This document shows, piece after piece, positions 9,905 through 19,832 of a stretch of 64,000 nucleotides of DNA. Position numbers and translations under genes: made by a program. Position 1 is the first letter of the stretch. Each line of letters opens with the position of its first letter. Source of the DNA: Dehalococcoidia bacterium. GTDB lineage: Bacteria; Chloroflexota; Dehalococcoidia; Bin125. The stretch spans positions 32,001-96,000 of the forward strand of contig CAXXRD010000003.1 of assembly GCA_963663895.2 (NCBI GenBank), given 5' to 3'. Below the pieces are notes generated by a model. That model had not been told where the DNA came from. It did no database searches and worked only from the letters and a program-made list of their open reading frames with translations.

Positions 9905-10411
9905 TTAGTCGGCCTTGGGCGCGATCTCGCGGTAGCGGCCCTCAAAGAAGATCAAGGGCGCAGCGCCAGAGTGGCACCAGCAGGCTTTGACCTCGCCGAT
10001 GTAGATCTCGTGGTCGCCGCCGGGCGCGACATCGTGGACGGTGCAATCCATGTAACCGATGGCCCCGGCGATCCGCGGGGCGCCGGTCTCGCCCAATTCG
10101 TACTCGAGATTGATGTCGGTGAACTCGGCAGGGCCGTAGTTGCGGTCACTCTTGGCGAAATAGTTGGAAAGGTTCTGCTGGTCGGCGGCCAGGATGTTGA
10201 CGGTAAAGACGGGGGTCTCTCGGAGCGTCTTGAGCATGTGGGTGTTCTTGTCGACACAGATGAGGATCAGAGGCGGATCGAGAGAGAGAGAGGTGAAGGC
10301 GTTCGCGGTCATGCCGTGGAAAGCTGGAGCCTCGCCGGAGGTGACGACGGTGACACCGGTGGCGAACTCGCCGCAAACCGTACGAAAGTATCTGGGGTCA
10401 AAGTCGGGCAT
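9905..10411 (-). CDS. Flavin reductase family protein
   Basis: FATGVTVVT, SLSLDPPL, GGDHEIYIGEV. Confidence 0.9.
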   Translation of the reverse strand: MPDFDPRYFRTVCGEFATGVTVVTSGEAPAFHGMTANAFTSLSLDPPLILICVDKNTHMLKTLRETPVFTVNILAADQQNLSNYFAKSDRNYGPAEFTDINLEYELGETGAPRIAGAIGYMDCTVHDVAPGGDHEIYIGEVKACWCHSGAAPLIFFEGRYREIAPKAD

Positions 10412-10608
10412 AGTGGCCAATCCCTCCAGACTGCGAGCAATTGCAGGGATAATACAGGCCCTCTCGGCGGTCGCATCTGCTTCGAAGGCTGCGGCACGGT
10501 TGGTGGCTGGCGCGCAGGACGTTGGCGCGGTCGATGATCGGTGCGGGCGCGGAGCAGCGAGCGATGGGATAGCCTTCGACGCAGCGGAAAGGGACAAGGA
10601 GGTTTCCG

Positions 10609-11403
10609 ATGGCGGATGGGGCCGTGTTGGTCGAGAGCGATGGTGGTGGCGTAACGACGGTGACGCTGAACCGGCCGGAGGCGCTCAATTCACTCAGCTT
10701 GGAAGTCGAGGAGACTTTGCAGGAGCTGTTGCCACGCCTGGAGGCCGATGATGCTACCCGGGTCGTGGTGATCACGGGAGCGGGTCGAGCTTTCTCGGCG
10801 GGGGGCGACGTCAAGGAAATGCGCCCTGGAGGAGCCTGGGATATCTCGATGGCAGAGCGGCAGGAACGATTGGAGGCGTTGCACTCGGTCGCGATCACAC
10901 TACACGCGCTTCCTAAGCCGGTGATCGCGATGGTGAACGGGGTCGCGGCGGGGGCGGGCTGCAACCTCGCCTTGGCCTGCGATCTCCGCCTGGCAAGCGA
11001 GAAAGCGAAGTTCGGGTTGGTATTTCGCAACGTAGGGTTGGGAGACGACATGGGCGGAGCCTGGCTCCTGCCTCGCTTGGTGGGGATGGGCAGGGCTTTG
11101 GAGATGTTCTTCACGGGCAGGATCATTGATGCGGCGGAGGCGCATCGGATCGGCATGGTGAACCGCGTCGTGCCGGCCGAGTCGCTGGCGGAGGAGACTT
11201 ACGGACTGGCGCGATCGTTGGCGGCGGGACCGGGGAAAGCGCTGGGGCTCATCAAAGAAGAGATCTATGGCGGGATCACCTCGTCGTTCCAGGAGCTGCT
11301 GGACTTTGAGGCGCAGCGGCAATCGGCGCTGATGGCCGAGCATGACCATCAAGAAGGGGTGACGGCTTTTGTGGAGAAGCGCCCGCCGGTGTTCACTGAC
11401 TAG
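10609..11403 (+). CDS. Enoyl-CoA hydratase/isomerase family protein
   Basis: TLNRPEALN, FSAGGD, VNGVAAGAG. Confidence 0.9.
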   Translation: MADGAVLVESDGGGVTTVTLNRPEALNSLSLEVEETLQELLPRLEADDATRVVVITGAGRAFSAGGDVKEMRPGGAWDISMAERQERLEALHSVAITLHALPKPVIAMVNGVAAGAGCNLALACDLRLASEKAKFGLVFRNVGLGDDMGGAWLLPRLVGMGRALEMFFTGRIIDAAEAHRIGMVNRVVPAESLAEETYGLARSLAAGPGKALGLIKEEIYGGITSSFQELLDFEAQRQSALMAEHDHQEGVTAFVEKRPPVFTD

Positions 11404-11540
11404 GCGCCGCCGGAGTAACCCGTACCGCGCTGCGCCTACTCCCGCGCGGGTTGATCGGGGCCGCTGTATCGATGAAGAGCGCTGTCTAGAGGAGAGGACG
11501 GGGCACTCCCGACTCGCCGGTCGGCTGGATCCGCTTGGCG

Positions 11541-12533
11541 TTAGGAATGGGAGGCGTGCTCGCGCAGGGGCAAATCCAGCACGGTGATAAGGCCGCGGGG
11601 AGCACTCCGGATCACACGCGCTGCCCGCAGAACGGCGGCGGCGGTGGCCTCGTCGCCGAAGACGCCGCCTAGGAACCGCAGCTTAATCGGTGGCCTGCCC
11701 TCGACTGCGATCTCGTCAAAGTCTTCCCGGACGCCGCTCTGGGCCTCGAAATGGAGGTGAATCGCCCGACCGTCGGCGGTGGTCCCATGCGCAATCTGCA
11801 CCGTGCCGCGTACGGGGCCCTGCCCGTCGGGCTGGACGGGATCGAGGCGCTCCGTCCAGTTGCTCACCTCCCAGCCGAGACCGGCGGCAATGAGGCGCCC
11901 GCTCTCGACGAGGCCGACATGACCGAAGGTTCCGGAAGCAGCGAGGCGATCGTACTCGGGGCGAGGCATGTCCATGCCGACTTTCTTGCGGAACGACTCT
12001 CGCCGGGGGCCAGGGTTCTGTACCCGGTGCACGGCAACGCTCCGCACGCTATGGCTGGCGCCGGCTGCTGCGACGACGATCTGATCCATGACGAATCCGG
12101 GGTTGACACCCGTGCCGATCAGGCTGCAGCTCTGAGCGACGGCCTGCGCGTCCAACCGTTGGGCGAACTCCTGGTGGCGTGCGAAGGGGTAAGCGAGCTC
12201 TTCGCACGTTGAGATGACGTGGAGCCGTGACCGCAAGGCGTCCTCGAACTGTGCGGCAACGCTGTCCAGTTTCGAGCCGGTGGCATGGAGGACGGCCTCG
12301 GGTTGCGGGGCCTCGCGAGGGAGAGCGGCACGTGCCTCCTCCAGAGTACGGTGGACGACAAGGGAGGGTGCGCCCGCGATCAGGCTGGAGGCGTCACGAC
12401 CGATGAGGTGCTCGGAGATGTCGACCGCACCCAGAACCTCGATCTGTGGGTCGGCCTGCGCTGCGACGAGGATGCGCTGCCCAATGGGACCAAGGCCTTG
12501 GACGATGACGGGAAGCGGATTGCCGACGCTCAA
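11541..12533 (-). CDS. DapB-like NAD(P)-dependent dehydrogenase (2,4-diaminopentanoate dehydrogenase-like)
   Basis: GLGPIG, ISTCEELAYP, GTGVNPGF, GGVFGDEATAA. Confidence 0.75.
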   Translation of the reverse strand: MSVGNPLPVIVQGLGPIGQRILVAAQADPQIEVLGAVDISEHLIGRDASSLIAGAPSLVVHRTLEEARAALPREAPQPEAVLHATGSKLDSVAAQFEDALRSRLHVISTCEELAYPFARHQEFAQRLDAQAVAQSCSLIGTGVNPGFVMDQIVVAAAGASHSVRSVAVHRVQNPGPRRESFRKKVGMDMPRPEYDRLAASGTFGHVGLVESGRLIAAGLGWEVSNWTERLDPVQPDGQGPVRGTVQIAHGTTADGRAIHLHFEAQSGVREDFDEIAVEGRPPIKLRFLGGVFGDEATAAAVLRAARVIRSAPRGLITVLDLPLREHASHS

Positions 12534-12552
12534 GGGATTTCCATCACTACAG

Positions 12553-12879
12553 CTACTGGAGAGGTGAGAAATCGGTGGGCTGCAAGAGTTGGTTGCTGAG
12601 GAAATTGACGAGCAGGCCGTCGCGTTCGGACTCGGCTTTTACCTGCTGCCACTCGGGATCGGCGGCGAAGGCGCCCCACGCTTGCTCGCGATGGGCGTAA
12701 TCGTTGTAGGCGATCATCCAGATCAACTGGTCGCTGCGCCCGCCCATGCTGTTGGTCCAAAAGCCGATCAGTTTAATCCCGTGCTTCTCCAGCAGGGCGC
12801 AGGAGTGATTACGAAAACGGCTCAGGAGCGCCTCCATCTTGCCGGAGTTGACGTGGTAGGTGCGCATCTCGTAGATCAC
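12553..12879 (-). CDS. NIPSNAP family protein
   Basis: IYEMRTY…LLQPTDFSPLQ. Confidence 0.9.
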   Translation of the reverse strand: MIYEMRTYHVNSGKMEALLSRFRNHSCALLEKHGIKLIGFWTNSMGGRSDQLIWMIAYNDYAHREQAWGAFAADPEWQQVKAESERDGLLVNFLSNQLLQPTDFSPLQ

Positions 12880-12990
12880 CGCAGCCTCGATTTCCCGATC
12901 GTATATTTCGCTAACGGCATGTGTGACTGGCTCCGCGACGGGAGTCTAGGAGCTGGTGGCTTCGAGACTGCAGATTAGCGGGCAGCGTCG

Positions 12991-14400
12991 CTACTGTCGC
13001 CTGTCGGGTCGGGCTTGAGACAAGTCGGTGGCGCGGCGATCCTGGCGGCGGACGCTAGCGTAGTCCGGGCCTTCGGCAATGGCGTAGCTTTCGTCGAGGA
13101 GCTCGATGGCGTGGAGGCTGCGGCCGCCGGCGCCGAAAAGGCGGAGTCCGGCGTCTAGCTGCACCATGCAGCCCGGGTTGGCCGTGCAGACGAGGTCGGC
13201 GCCGGTCGCGTTAATCTCCGCCATTTTATTTGCAAGCAACTGGCGAGAGAGATTCTTCTGCACGATGGAGTAGATTCCAGCGCTGCCGCAGCAACGATCA
13301 GGGTGGGCCATCTCACGCAGTTCGAGGCCTGGGATCTGGCGCAGGATGGCGCGGGGAGCCGTGGCGACCCCCTGCGCATGGACGAGGTGGCAGGAGTCCT
13401 GGTACGTGACCGATCTGCCGAGATCACCGGCCGGCGGATCGAAGCCCACCGCAATCAAGTACTCGTGGATGTCCTTGACGAGGTCTGCGAAGCGCGCGGC
13501 CCGATCACGATAGACGGGATCGTTGCGGAAGAGGTGGCCGTACTCCTTCATGTGGGAGCCGCAGCCGGCGGAGTTAACGAGGATGGCATCAGGTTTGAGA
13601 CGCAAGAAGCGGTCGATGTTCTTGCGGCCGAGGGCCCTGGCCTCCTCGACGTCGCCGTTGTGGGCATGAAGGGCGCCACAGCAGAACTGATCTTCAGGGG
13701 CGACAACGTCAATCTTGTTGCGGGCGAGGACGCGGAGAGTGGCATGGTGGGTCTCGCCAAAGGTTAAGGGCATCACGCAGCCCGTGAGGAAAGCCACGCG
13801 GGCGCGGGCCTCGCCAACGGATCGGTACTGCCGAGCGTCTTGTGGGCGGAAGAAGGGTTTCGTGAAGTCGGGGGCGAGAGCGTCGACCTCGGCGAGGGCA
13901 GGCGCGAAGCGATCGAGAAGACCGGAGGACCGGACGAAGCGCTGCAAACCACTGGTTTGGAAGAGTTGCATGCTGCGGCCGGCAGCGCGGAGTCGCTTCG
14001 GGTGGGAAAAGACGCCACGCATGATGACGCGCCACAGCAATCGCTGCACAGGCTTGCTTTTCTTCTGCTGGAAGAGGTCGGCGCGCGTGCGCTCCATGAG
14101 GCGGCCGAAGGGGACGTTGGAGGGGCAAGCGGTTTCGCATGCTCGGCACTGGAGGCAGCGATCGAAATGCCGTTGCACGCGGGGAGTGAGGTCAATGCGC
14201 CCTTCGTCCAAGGCCCGCATGAGGTAAAGGCGCCCGCGAGGCGACTCGGTCTCGACGCCGAGTTCGATGTAGGTCGGACAGGCGTTAAGGCAAAAGCCGC
14301 AGTGGACGCAGAGCGTCAACTCAGCGCTATCGGGAGCGTCGGGACTGATGAATCGGCTGAGCGCGTCGGTAGCAGGGGGCGCATCTGGAATGCTGCTCAT
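12991..14400 (-). CDS. glcF: Glycolate oxidase Fe-S subunit
   Basis: CVHCGFCLNACPTY, CLQCRACETACPS, two CCG domains. Confidence 0.88.
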   Translation of the reverse strand: MSSIPDAPPATDALSRFISPDAPDSAELTLCVHCGFCLNACPTYIELGVETESPRGRLYLMRALDEGRIDLTPRVQRHFDRCLQCRACETACPSNVPFGRLMERTRADLFQQKKSKPVQRLLWRVIMRGVFSHPKRLRAAGRSMQLFQTSGLQRFVRSSGLLDRFAPALAEVDALAPDFTKPFFRPQDARQYRSVGEARARVAFLTGCVMPLTFGETHHATLRVLARNKIDVVAPEDQFCCGALHAHNGDVEEARALGRKNIDRFLRLKPDAILVNSAGCGSHMKEYGHLFRNDPVYRDRAARFADLVKDIHEYLIAVGFDPPAGDLGRSVTYQDSCHLVHAQGVATAPRAILRQIPGLELREMAHPDRCCGSAGIYSIVQKNLSRQLLANKMAEINATGADLVCTANPGCMVQLDAGLRLFGAGGRSLHAIELLDESYAIAEGPDYASVRRQDRRATDLSQARPDRRQ

Positions 14401-14451
14401 AGCTTGCTCATCGCTGAAGTGTAGCCGCCGCTTGGATGATGCGCCGCTGGC

Positions 14452-15768
14452 TCAGATCCCGCCCACGAAGCGGCCGGGGCTGAGGGTCGCGTTGGGATCA
14501 AACTCGCGTTTGATGCGGCGCATAATGGTGATCCCGTCGCCGGCGGGTCCCCAGACGTCCATCGCGCGTTTCTCGGTCACAGGGGCGTGCTCAACGACGA
14601 GCGAACCGCCCAGCGCTTCGATCCCCTTGCGCGCGGTGGCCACCATCGCGGGGAGCAGCGCGCTGGTGGGAGCAGCGAGCCGTCCGAAGAGGAGTCCGGC
14701 GTCGGCGTATGCCCAAAGACAAGTTTGATCAGTGGCGGCACGCAGGGCGGCGGTGGCGCTGCGGAGGGAATCGGGGGGCGCAGCGCAGCGGACGAGCACG
14801 GCATTGCCGCGGGGTGGCGTGCCTTCGCGATCCGTGAGGCGCTGCCAGAAATCTGGTGCCGTGGGCTCAGGTTGGATGGCAGAGTCGGCTTGGGCAATCG
14901 CGCCTGCTAACTGCAACGTGGAGGAGACAGCGCCTTCGACCCCGGCGGCGCGCAGGACCAAGCCGACCTCGCCGAGTCCCAGGTCGTGGGCGCTTACCGG
15001 GTCGAGCGCAATGATGGATTGCAGCCCGTTGACCCCGAGAGCGATCCGCCGCCCCAGATCGATCGCGGCGTCAAAGTCGGCGGTGGGGATGACGAGCGTG
15101 GCGTCCGCGGCTGGGAGAGGGCGCAGCTTGAAAGTCGCTTCCACGATACAGCCCAGCGTGCCCAAGGAGCCGCTGAAGAGCTTGCACAGGTCGTAGCCAC
15201 TGACGTTCTTCACGACCCGGCCGCCGCTGTGCACCGTGGTCCCATGAGACAAGACGACACCGCAGCCGATCAGCCAATCGCGAGGGCCGCCAAACACGCC
15301 CCGCCGTGGCCCGCTGCGCGCCGCGGCTACGCTGCCGCCAACGGTCGCCTTGTCGGGAAAAGGAACGTCCAAGGGGACGAACTGTCCGTGATCGGCCAGG
15401 AAGGTCTGCAGGGCGGCGAACCGCATGCCGCTCTGCACCGTGATCGTGAAGTCGTCGGGAACGTGGTCGATAACGGCGTCGAGGGCGCTGGTGTCGAGCG
15501 CGACGTCATAGCGGGTTGGGGGGGCGCCGAGACCGGTGGCGGTGCGGCCGCCCTGGAGCACAACGGCCAGGTCCGCCGTGGCGGCAGCGCGTAGCACGGC
15601 GGCGAGCTCCTCAACGGTAGCGGGGCGGACGGCGATGGCAGGCCGCAACCCGTCGACGAGATAGCGATCGAGGGCGTCGGTGTCGCTGTACGCGTTGGCG
15701 GTCGCTGCAGCCACGGCGGCGATCCCGGCTCCGTCGCTGAGGCCGGCGGATGCCTCCGGGGACTTCAT
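14452..15768 (-). CDS. glcE: Glycolate oxidase FAD-binding subunit
   Basis: GGRVVKNVSGYDLCKL, FDPNATLSPGRF; between glcD and glcF. Confidence 0.85.
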   Translation of the reverse strand: MKSPEASAGLSDGAGIAAVAAATANAYSDTDALDRYLVDGLRPAIAVRPATVEELAAVLRAAATADLAVVLQGGRTATGLGAPPTRYDVALDTSALDAVIDHVPDDFTITVQSGMRFAALQTFLADHGQFVPLDVPFPDKATVGGSVAAARSGPRRGVFGGPRDWLIGCGVVLSHGTTVHSGGRVVKNVSGYDLCKLFSGSLGTLGCIVEATFKLRPLPAADATLVIPTADFDAAIDLGRRIALGVNGLQSIIALDPVSAHDLGLGEVGLVLRAAGVEGAVSSTLQLAGAIAQADSAIQPEPTAPDFWQRLTDREGTPPRGNAVLVRCAAPPDSLRSATAALRAATDQTCLWAYADAGLLFGRLAAPTSALLPAMVATARKGIEALGGSLVVEHAPVTEKRAMDVWGPAGDGITIMRRIKREFDPNATLSPGRFVGGI

Positions 15769-15777
15769 GGTCTCGCG

Positions 15778-17244
15778 CTACACGTAGGCATCGGCACCGA
15801 ACTGTTGGATCACCTTTTGCGCGTGAGCGCTGCTGGTCTCGCCACAGCCATGTCCGCTTGGAAAGACCTTGCAGGGATTGAACGTATCGCTCGATGCGAA
15901 CGCGGCCTTGAGACGGGCGAAGGCGTCGATGTCATCTTCGGTGAAGATCCAGGGCAGATAGGAGCGCTTCTCAAGGCCGACGCCGTGCTCGCCGGTGATG
16001 GCCCCTCCAGCGTCCACGCAGAGACGCATGATCTCGCCTCCTGCGTCGAGCACCCGCTCGCTCATCCCAGGAACGCGGTCGTCGAAGAGCAGACAGGGGT
16101 GGAGGTTGCCGTCTCCGGCGTGAAACACGTTGGCGACCTGTACGTCATAGCGAGCGGCGATTTGGGCAACCTCGTCGAGAACAGCAGGGAGTTGGGTACG
16201 AGGCACGACTCCATCCAGGATGTAGTAGTTCGGCTGGATGTGGCCGAGGCAGCTGATCGCGCCCTTGCGCCCGGCCCAGAGGCGCTCGCGTTCAGGTAGC
16301 TCGCTGGCGACGCGGATCTCACGGGGCTCGAAGCTCTGCACGATCTCTTGAACGATCGCATCCTCCGCCTGCACTTGGGAAACGGGGCCGTCGACCTCGA
16401 TGATCAGCACGGCCTCAGCGTCCAGAGGGAAGCCGGTGTGGAGCACGGGTTCCACGGCGGCGATCGTCTGTTGATCGATCATCTCCAGAGCGGCCGGGAC
16501 GATGCCGGCCTTGATGACTCCGCTCACGGCGCTGCTTGCCTGGCGCATCGAGTCGAAGATGGCGAGCAGCGTGCGCACCGCCTCCGGCTTTGGCATGAGT
16601 TTGACCTGTATTTTGGTGACTACCCCGACCGTCCCCTCGCTTCCGACGACGCAGCCGACAAGGTCGTAGCCTGGGCGCTCGCGATTCGTGCCGCCCAGCC
16701 ACTGCACTGTTCCGTCGGGGGTCACAAGCTCAAGGCCGAGGACGTGATTGGTGGTGGCCCCATAGGCGAGGCAGTGGGGACCACCAGCGTTCTCAGCGAC
16801 GTTGCCGCCGATCGTGCAGGCCCGCTGGCTGCTCGGGTCGGGCATGTAGGCGAGGCCGTAGGGATCGGCGGCCACGGAGAGGTCGAGATTGACGACGCCG
16901 GGCTCCACAAGGGCAGTGCGATTGTTGGGGTCGATATCGAGAATGCGCCGCATGCGGTTCAGGGAGAGCAAGAGCCCGCCGCGGACGGCGAGTGCGCCGC
17001 CGCTGAGGCCGGTCCCGGCGCCACGAGGAGTAATAGGGAGTTCGTAGGCGTTGGCGATCTTGATGGCGGCGGCTACCTCGGCCGTGCTGGCGGGGAAGGC
17101 GACAGCCTCGGGCGCACCGCGGTCGAAGGTGCCGTCGTACTCATAGACCAAGAGGTCCTCGGGAGCCCAGATCACCGCGTCGCGGCCAAGAGCCTCTTGG
17201 AGATCGCGGACGAAGGGGGTGGGCGTCGCCATTCCCGTCATCAT
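15778..17244 (-). CDS. glcD: Glycolate oxidase FAD-linked subunit
   Basis: PDPSSQRACTIGGNVAENAGG, HAGDGNLHP, GEHGVG. Confidence 0.88.
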   Translation of the reverse strand: MMTGMATPTPFVRDLQEALGRDAVIWAPEDLLVYEYDGTFDRGAPEAVAFPASTAEVAAAIKIANAYELPITPRGAGTGLSGGALAVRGGLLLSLNRMRRILDIDPNNRTALVEPGVVNLDLSVAADPYGLAYMPDPSSQRACTIGGNVAENAGGPHCLAYGATTNHVLGLELVTPDGTVQWLGGTNRERPGYDLVGCVVGSEGTVGVVTKIQVKLMPKPEAVRTLLAIFDSMRQASSAVSGVIKAGIVPAALEMIDQQTIAAVEPVLHTGFPLDAEAVLIIEVDGPVSQVQAEDAIVQEIVQSFEPREIRVASELPERERLWAGRKGAISCLGHIQPNYYILDGVVPRTQLPAVLDEVAQIAARYDVQVANVFHAGDGNLHPCLLFDDRVPGMSERVLDAGGEIMRLCVDAGGAITGEHGVGLEKRSYLPWIFTEDDIDAFARLKAAFASSDTFNPCKVFPSGHGCGETSSAHAQKVIQQFGADAYV

Positions 17245-17380
17245 ATCGGCTCTCTCGGATAGAAGTATCGGCCCTTGGTGGACCGCTGTGGCGGTGTGCT
17301 GAGACCCCAGAGGCTATACTTACGCGGTCTCGTGAAGGGGCTCCCGCTATTCCTCAGTCGGTGAGCTTGTGGAAAGGGTG

Positions 17381-18043
17381 ATGATGACGGCGTTTGCACC
17401 GACGTTTCGGCCGAGCTATCAGCCGCCGCTGGCGCTGGCGGCCTTTCCCGTGAAGGCGCCGCAGCAGGCATGGATTCGCGACGTGATACTGGTCGTGGCG
17501 GCGAGCTTGTTCCTTGCCGGATTGGCGCAGATCTCCTTCGACGTTCCTTTTCGCACCGGAAATCCCGTGCCGATCACCGGACAGACCTTCGGGGTGCTGC
17601 TGATCGGCGTGACGCTGGGGAGCCGCCGAGCGGCGGCGGGAGTACTGGCCTACCTCGCCTGGGGTTGGGCAGGGGCCCCCTTCTTTGCGGGCGGGGCGCA
17701 TGGAATGACGGTGTTGTATCTGGGAGCATCGGCTGGCTACCTGTGGGGATTCGTGCTGGCAGCGTTCATAGTGGGGTGGATGGCCGAGCACGGCTTCCAT
17801 CAGGGGGCGGGGCTGCTCGTTGCAATGCTGGTGGGCAACGTCCTGATCTACGTAGTGGGGCTGCCGGTGCTGGCGCTCTGGATCGACAACGCTCCTCCCG
17901 AACCCATAGCTCAGGGCTGGAGCGTCTGGTATGTGGGGCTGTGGCCGTTTATTCCCGGCGACATGGCGAAGCTGATCGCGGCGGCACTGGTCGTGCCGGT
18001 GGCTTGGTCGGCGGTGCGAACGTTCCGGCCGATCGACGGCTAA
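17381..18043 (+). CDS. bioY: Biotin transporter BioY
   Basis: PVPITGQTFGV, GYLWGF, PFIPGDMAK. Confidence 0.88.
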   Translation: MMTAFAPTFRPSYQPPLALAAFPVKAPQQAWIRDVILVVAASLFLAGLAQISFDVPFRTGNPVPITGQTFGVLLIGVTLGSRRAAAGVLAYLAWGWAGAPFFAGGAHGMTVLYLGASAGYLWGFVLAAFIVGWMAEHGFHQGAGLLVAMLVGNVLIYVVGLPVLALWIDNAPPEPIAQGWSVWYVGLWPFIPGDMAKLIAAALVVPVAWSAVRTFRPIDG

Positions 18044-18053
18044 ACGGCAACGC

Positions 18054-18344
18054 GTGCCGGCCTACGTCGTTGTCCAGGGACGGATCGACGATCGCGTGCG
18101 GTACGACGAGTATCGCGCGGCGGCGGGGCCGACCGTCGAGGCGCACGGAGGGCGGTTGCTTGGGATCGGCGACCCTCCCGAACTCATAGAGGGCGAGCAG
18201 GCCGATCTGCCCCGGTTGGTTCTCATTGAATTCCCTTCGTTGGAGGCGGCGAAGACCTGGTATGCCTCAGCGGAGTACCAAGCCGTGAGGCAATTGCGAC
18301 AGGTGTCGAGCGAGAGTCGCTTCCTGTTGGTGGAAGGTGACTAG
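18054..18344 (+). CDS. DUF1330 domain protein
   Basis: HGGR…IEG…VLIEFPSLEAAKTWYASAEYQ. Confidence 0.88.
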   Translation: MPAYVVVQGRIDDRVRYDEYRAAAGPTVEAHGGRLLGIGDPPELIEGEQADLPRLVLIEFPSLEAAKTWYASAEYQAVRQLRQVSSESRFLLVEGD

Positions 18345-18455
18345 GGGATTAGGCAGGATCGGGACGCGGCGCAGCCGAACGGGCGAGTGGGTCACGGGAT
18401 GTGCGGGGTCGGAAGAAGCTAGCACAAGGCGAGAGCGAACAGCCCTGGGAACCGC

Positions 18456-18944
18456 CTAGCCGTCTGTAGCAGCGGCTTGGATCAGAGCGAAGGCGCGGAG
18501 CACGGTCGCGTGTTTGTTGGCCTCGCGGTCGCCGCTCCAGACCCGGCGCTCGGTCACGCAGCGCGTACCGGGGCCGAGACAGGCGATCCAGACCGTGCCC
18601 ACGGGGTTGCTCTCACTACCGCCACTCGGACCGGTAATGCCGCTCTCGGCGAGCGCAATGTCCACAGCGAATGCTGTACGGACGCCTTGCGCGAGGGCGA
18701 GGACGGTCGCCTCGCTGACGGACCCCTCGGCAACGAGTGTGTGATGCGGGACGCCGAGTAGTTTCTCTTTCGGCGGATTGGCGTAAGGCGTGGCGCCCCC
18801 ACGGAAGGTCTTGCTGCTGCCGGGGACATCGGTGAACCAAGAGCCGATGAGGCCTCCGGTATCGGTTTCGGCACTGGCGGTGGTGAGCCCGCGGTCGATC
18901 AGGAGCCGGACGACTTCGACCGCCAGGGGGTGTGGCATGGCCAC
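18456..18944 (-). CDS. CinA C-terminal domain / NMN amidohydrolase family protein
   Basis: AETDTGGLI, DVPGSS, SGITGPSGG, PVGTVWIA; the usual AESCTGG motif is diverged. Confidence 0.8.
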   Translation of the reverse strand: MAMPHPLAVEVVRLLIDRGLTTASAETDTGGLIGSWFTDVPGSSKTFRGGATPYANPPKEKLLGVPHHTLVAEGSVSEATVLALAQGVRTAFAVDIALAESGITGPSGGSESNPVGTVWIACLGPGTRCVTERRVWSGDREANKHATVLRAFALIQAAATDG

Positions 18945-18977
18945 AGGGTACTGGGCCAGCGCAAGGCGAGGGGACAG

Positions 18978-19256
18978 TTACTCGCGGCCTTCTGAGCGGT
19001 CGATGCGGAGAGTGAGCCAGAGGAGGCCGATGATCGCGGGCAGGAATGCACCCAGTGGCACGGCGAAGGTGATCCAGTCGGTCGCTTTGTAGCCGTTGAC
19101 GCCGGCGCCGCCTTGATCGGGCGAGGCTTGAGGGAGGGGCTGGTCCCCAACGATGGGCCCGTCGATGCCCGCAGCCAAGGCCTCCGCTGGGGCGAGGGTG
19201 AGGGCGAGAGCTGCTACGAACGCGAGGACTGTGAGGAGTAGAGCGGTTCGAGTCAT
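18978..19256 (-). CDS. Hypothetical protein with signal peptide and C-terminal TM helix
   Basis: GGAGG SD before ATG; two hydrophobic segments. Confidence 0.6.
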   Translation of the reverse strand: MTRTALLLTVLAFVAALALTLAPAEALAAGIDGPIVGDQPLPQASPDQGGAGVNGYKATDWITFAVPLGAFLPAIIGLLWLTLRIDRSEGRE

Positions 19257-19321
19257 TGGTTGGCCTCCGCGGCCATTTTGGCGTACCGGGATGACTGCGT
19301 CACGGGTCAACCTAACGATCG

Positions 19322-19804
19322 CTAGACGGTGACGATGAGGATGGGACGGCCGCTAGACCGGATCACTCGATCATTGATCCGGGTGAGGGTACTGCGGCGG
19401 AGGCCCTTCGGCCCCCGGTTGGCGAGCGCGATGATATCGGCGTCGATCTCGTTGGCGATGCGAATGATGGTGTCGGCGGGGCGGCCTGGCTCGACGCGCA
19501 CGTCGATGGAGAGGGGGCCGCCGCCGGGGGAAGCGAGTAGGCGGGCGCGGAGACTGGAGAGATATTCCATGGCCGCCGCCGCTGCGGTATCGGCGATGCG
19601 AGTGGCGGATCCGGCGCGGGCCAGCAACTCACCTGGGGAAACAATGCCGGCGCTAGTGGTCATGCGCTCGGCGGCGGTCGGGACGACGGTGAGCAGTACG
19701 AGACTGGCGCCGTCATGCTCCGAGGAGTTGCGCGCGATCGCCACCGCGCTGGGCAAGGCCGCTTCGGCCCATTCGTCGGTATTGAGAGAGACGAGTACCT
19801 TCAT
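19322..19804 (-). CDS. Universal stress protein
   Basis: MKVLVSL…GRPADTIIRIANEIDADII…RVIRSSGRPILIV. Confidence 0.8.
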   Translation of the reverse strand: MKVLVSLNTDEWAEAALPSAVAIARNSSEHDGASLVLLTVVPTAAERMTTSAGIVSPGELLARAGSATRIADTAAAAAMEYLSSLRARLLASPGGGPLSIDVRVEPGRPADTIIRIANEIDADIIALANRGPKGLRRSTLTRINDRVIRSSGRPILIVTV

Positions 19805-19832
19805 GCAGCGAGTGTACGCCGGACGTAAAGGG

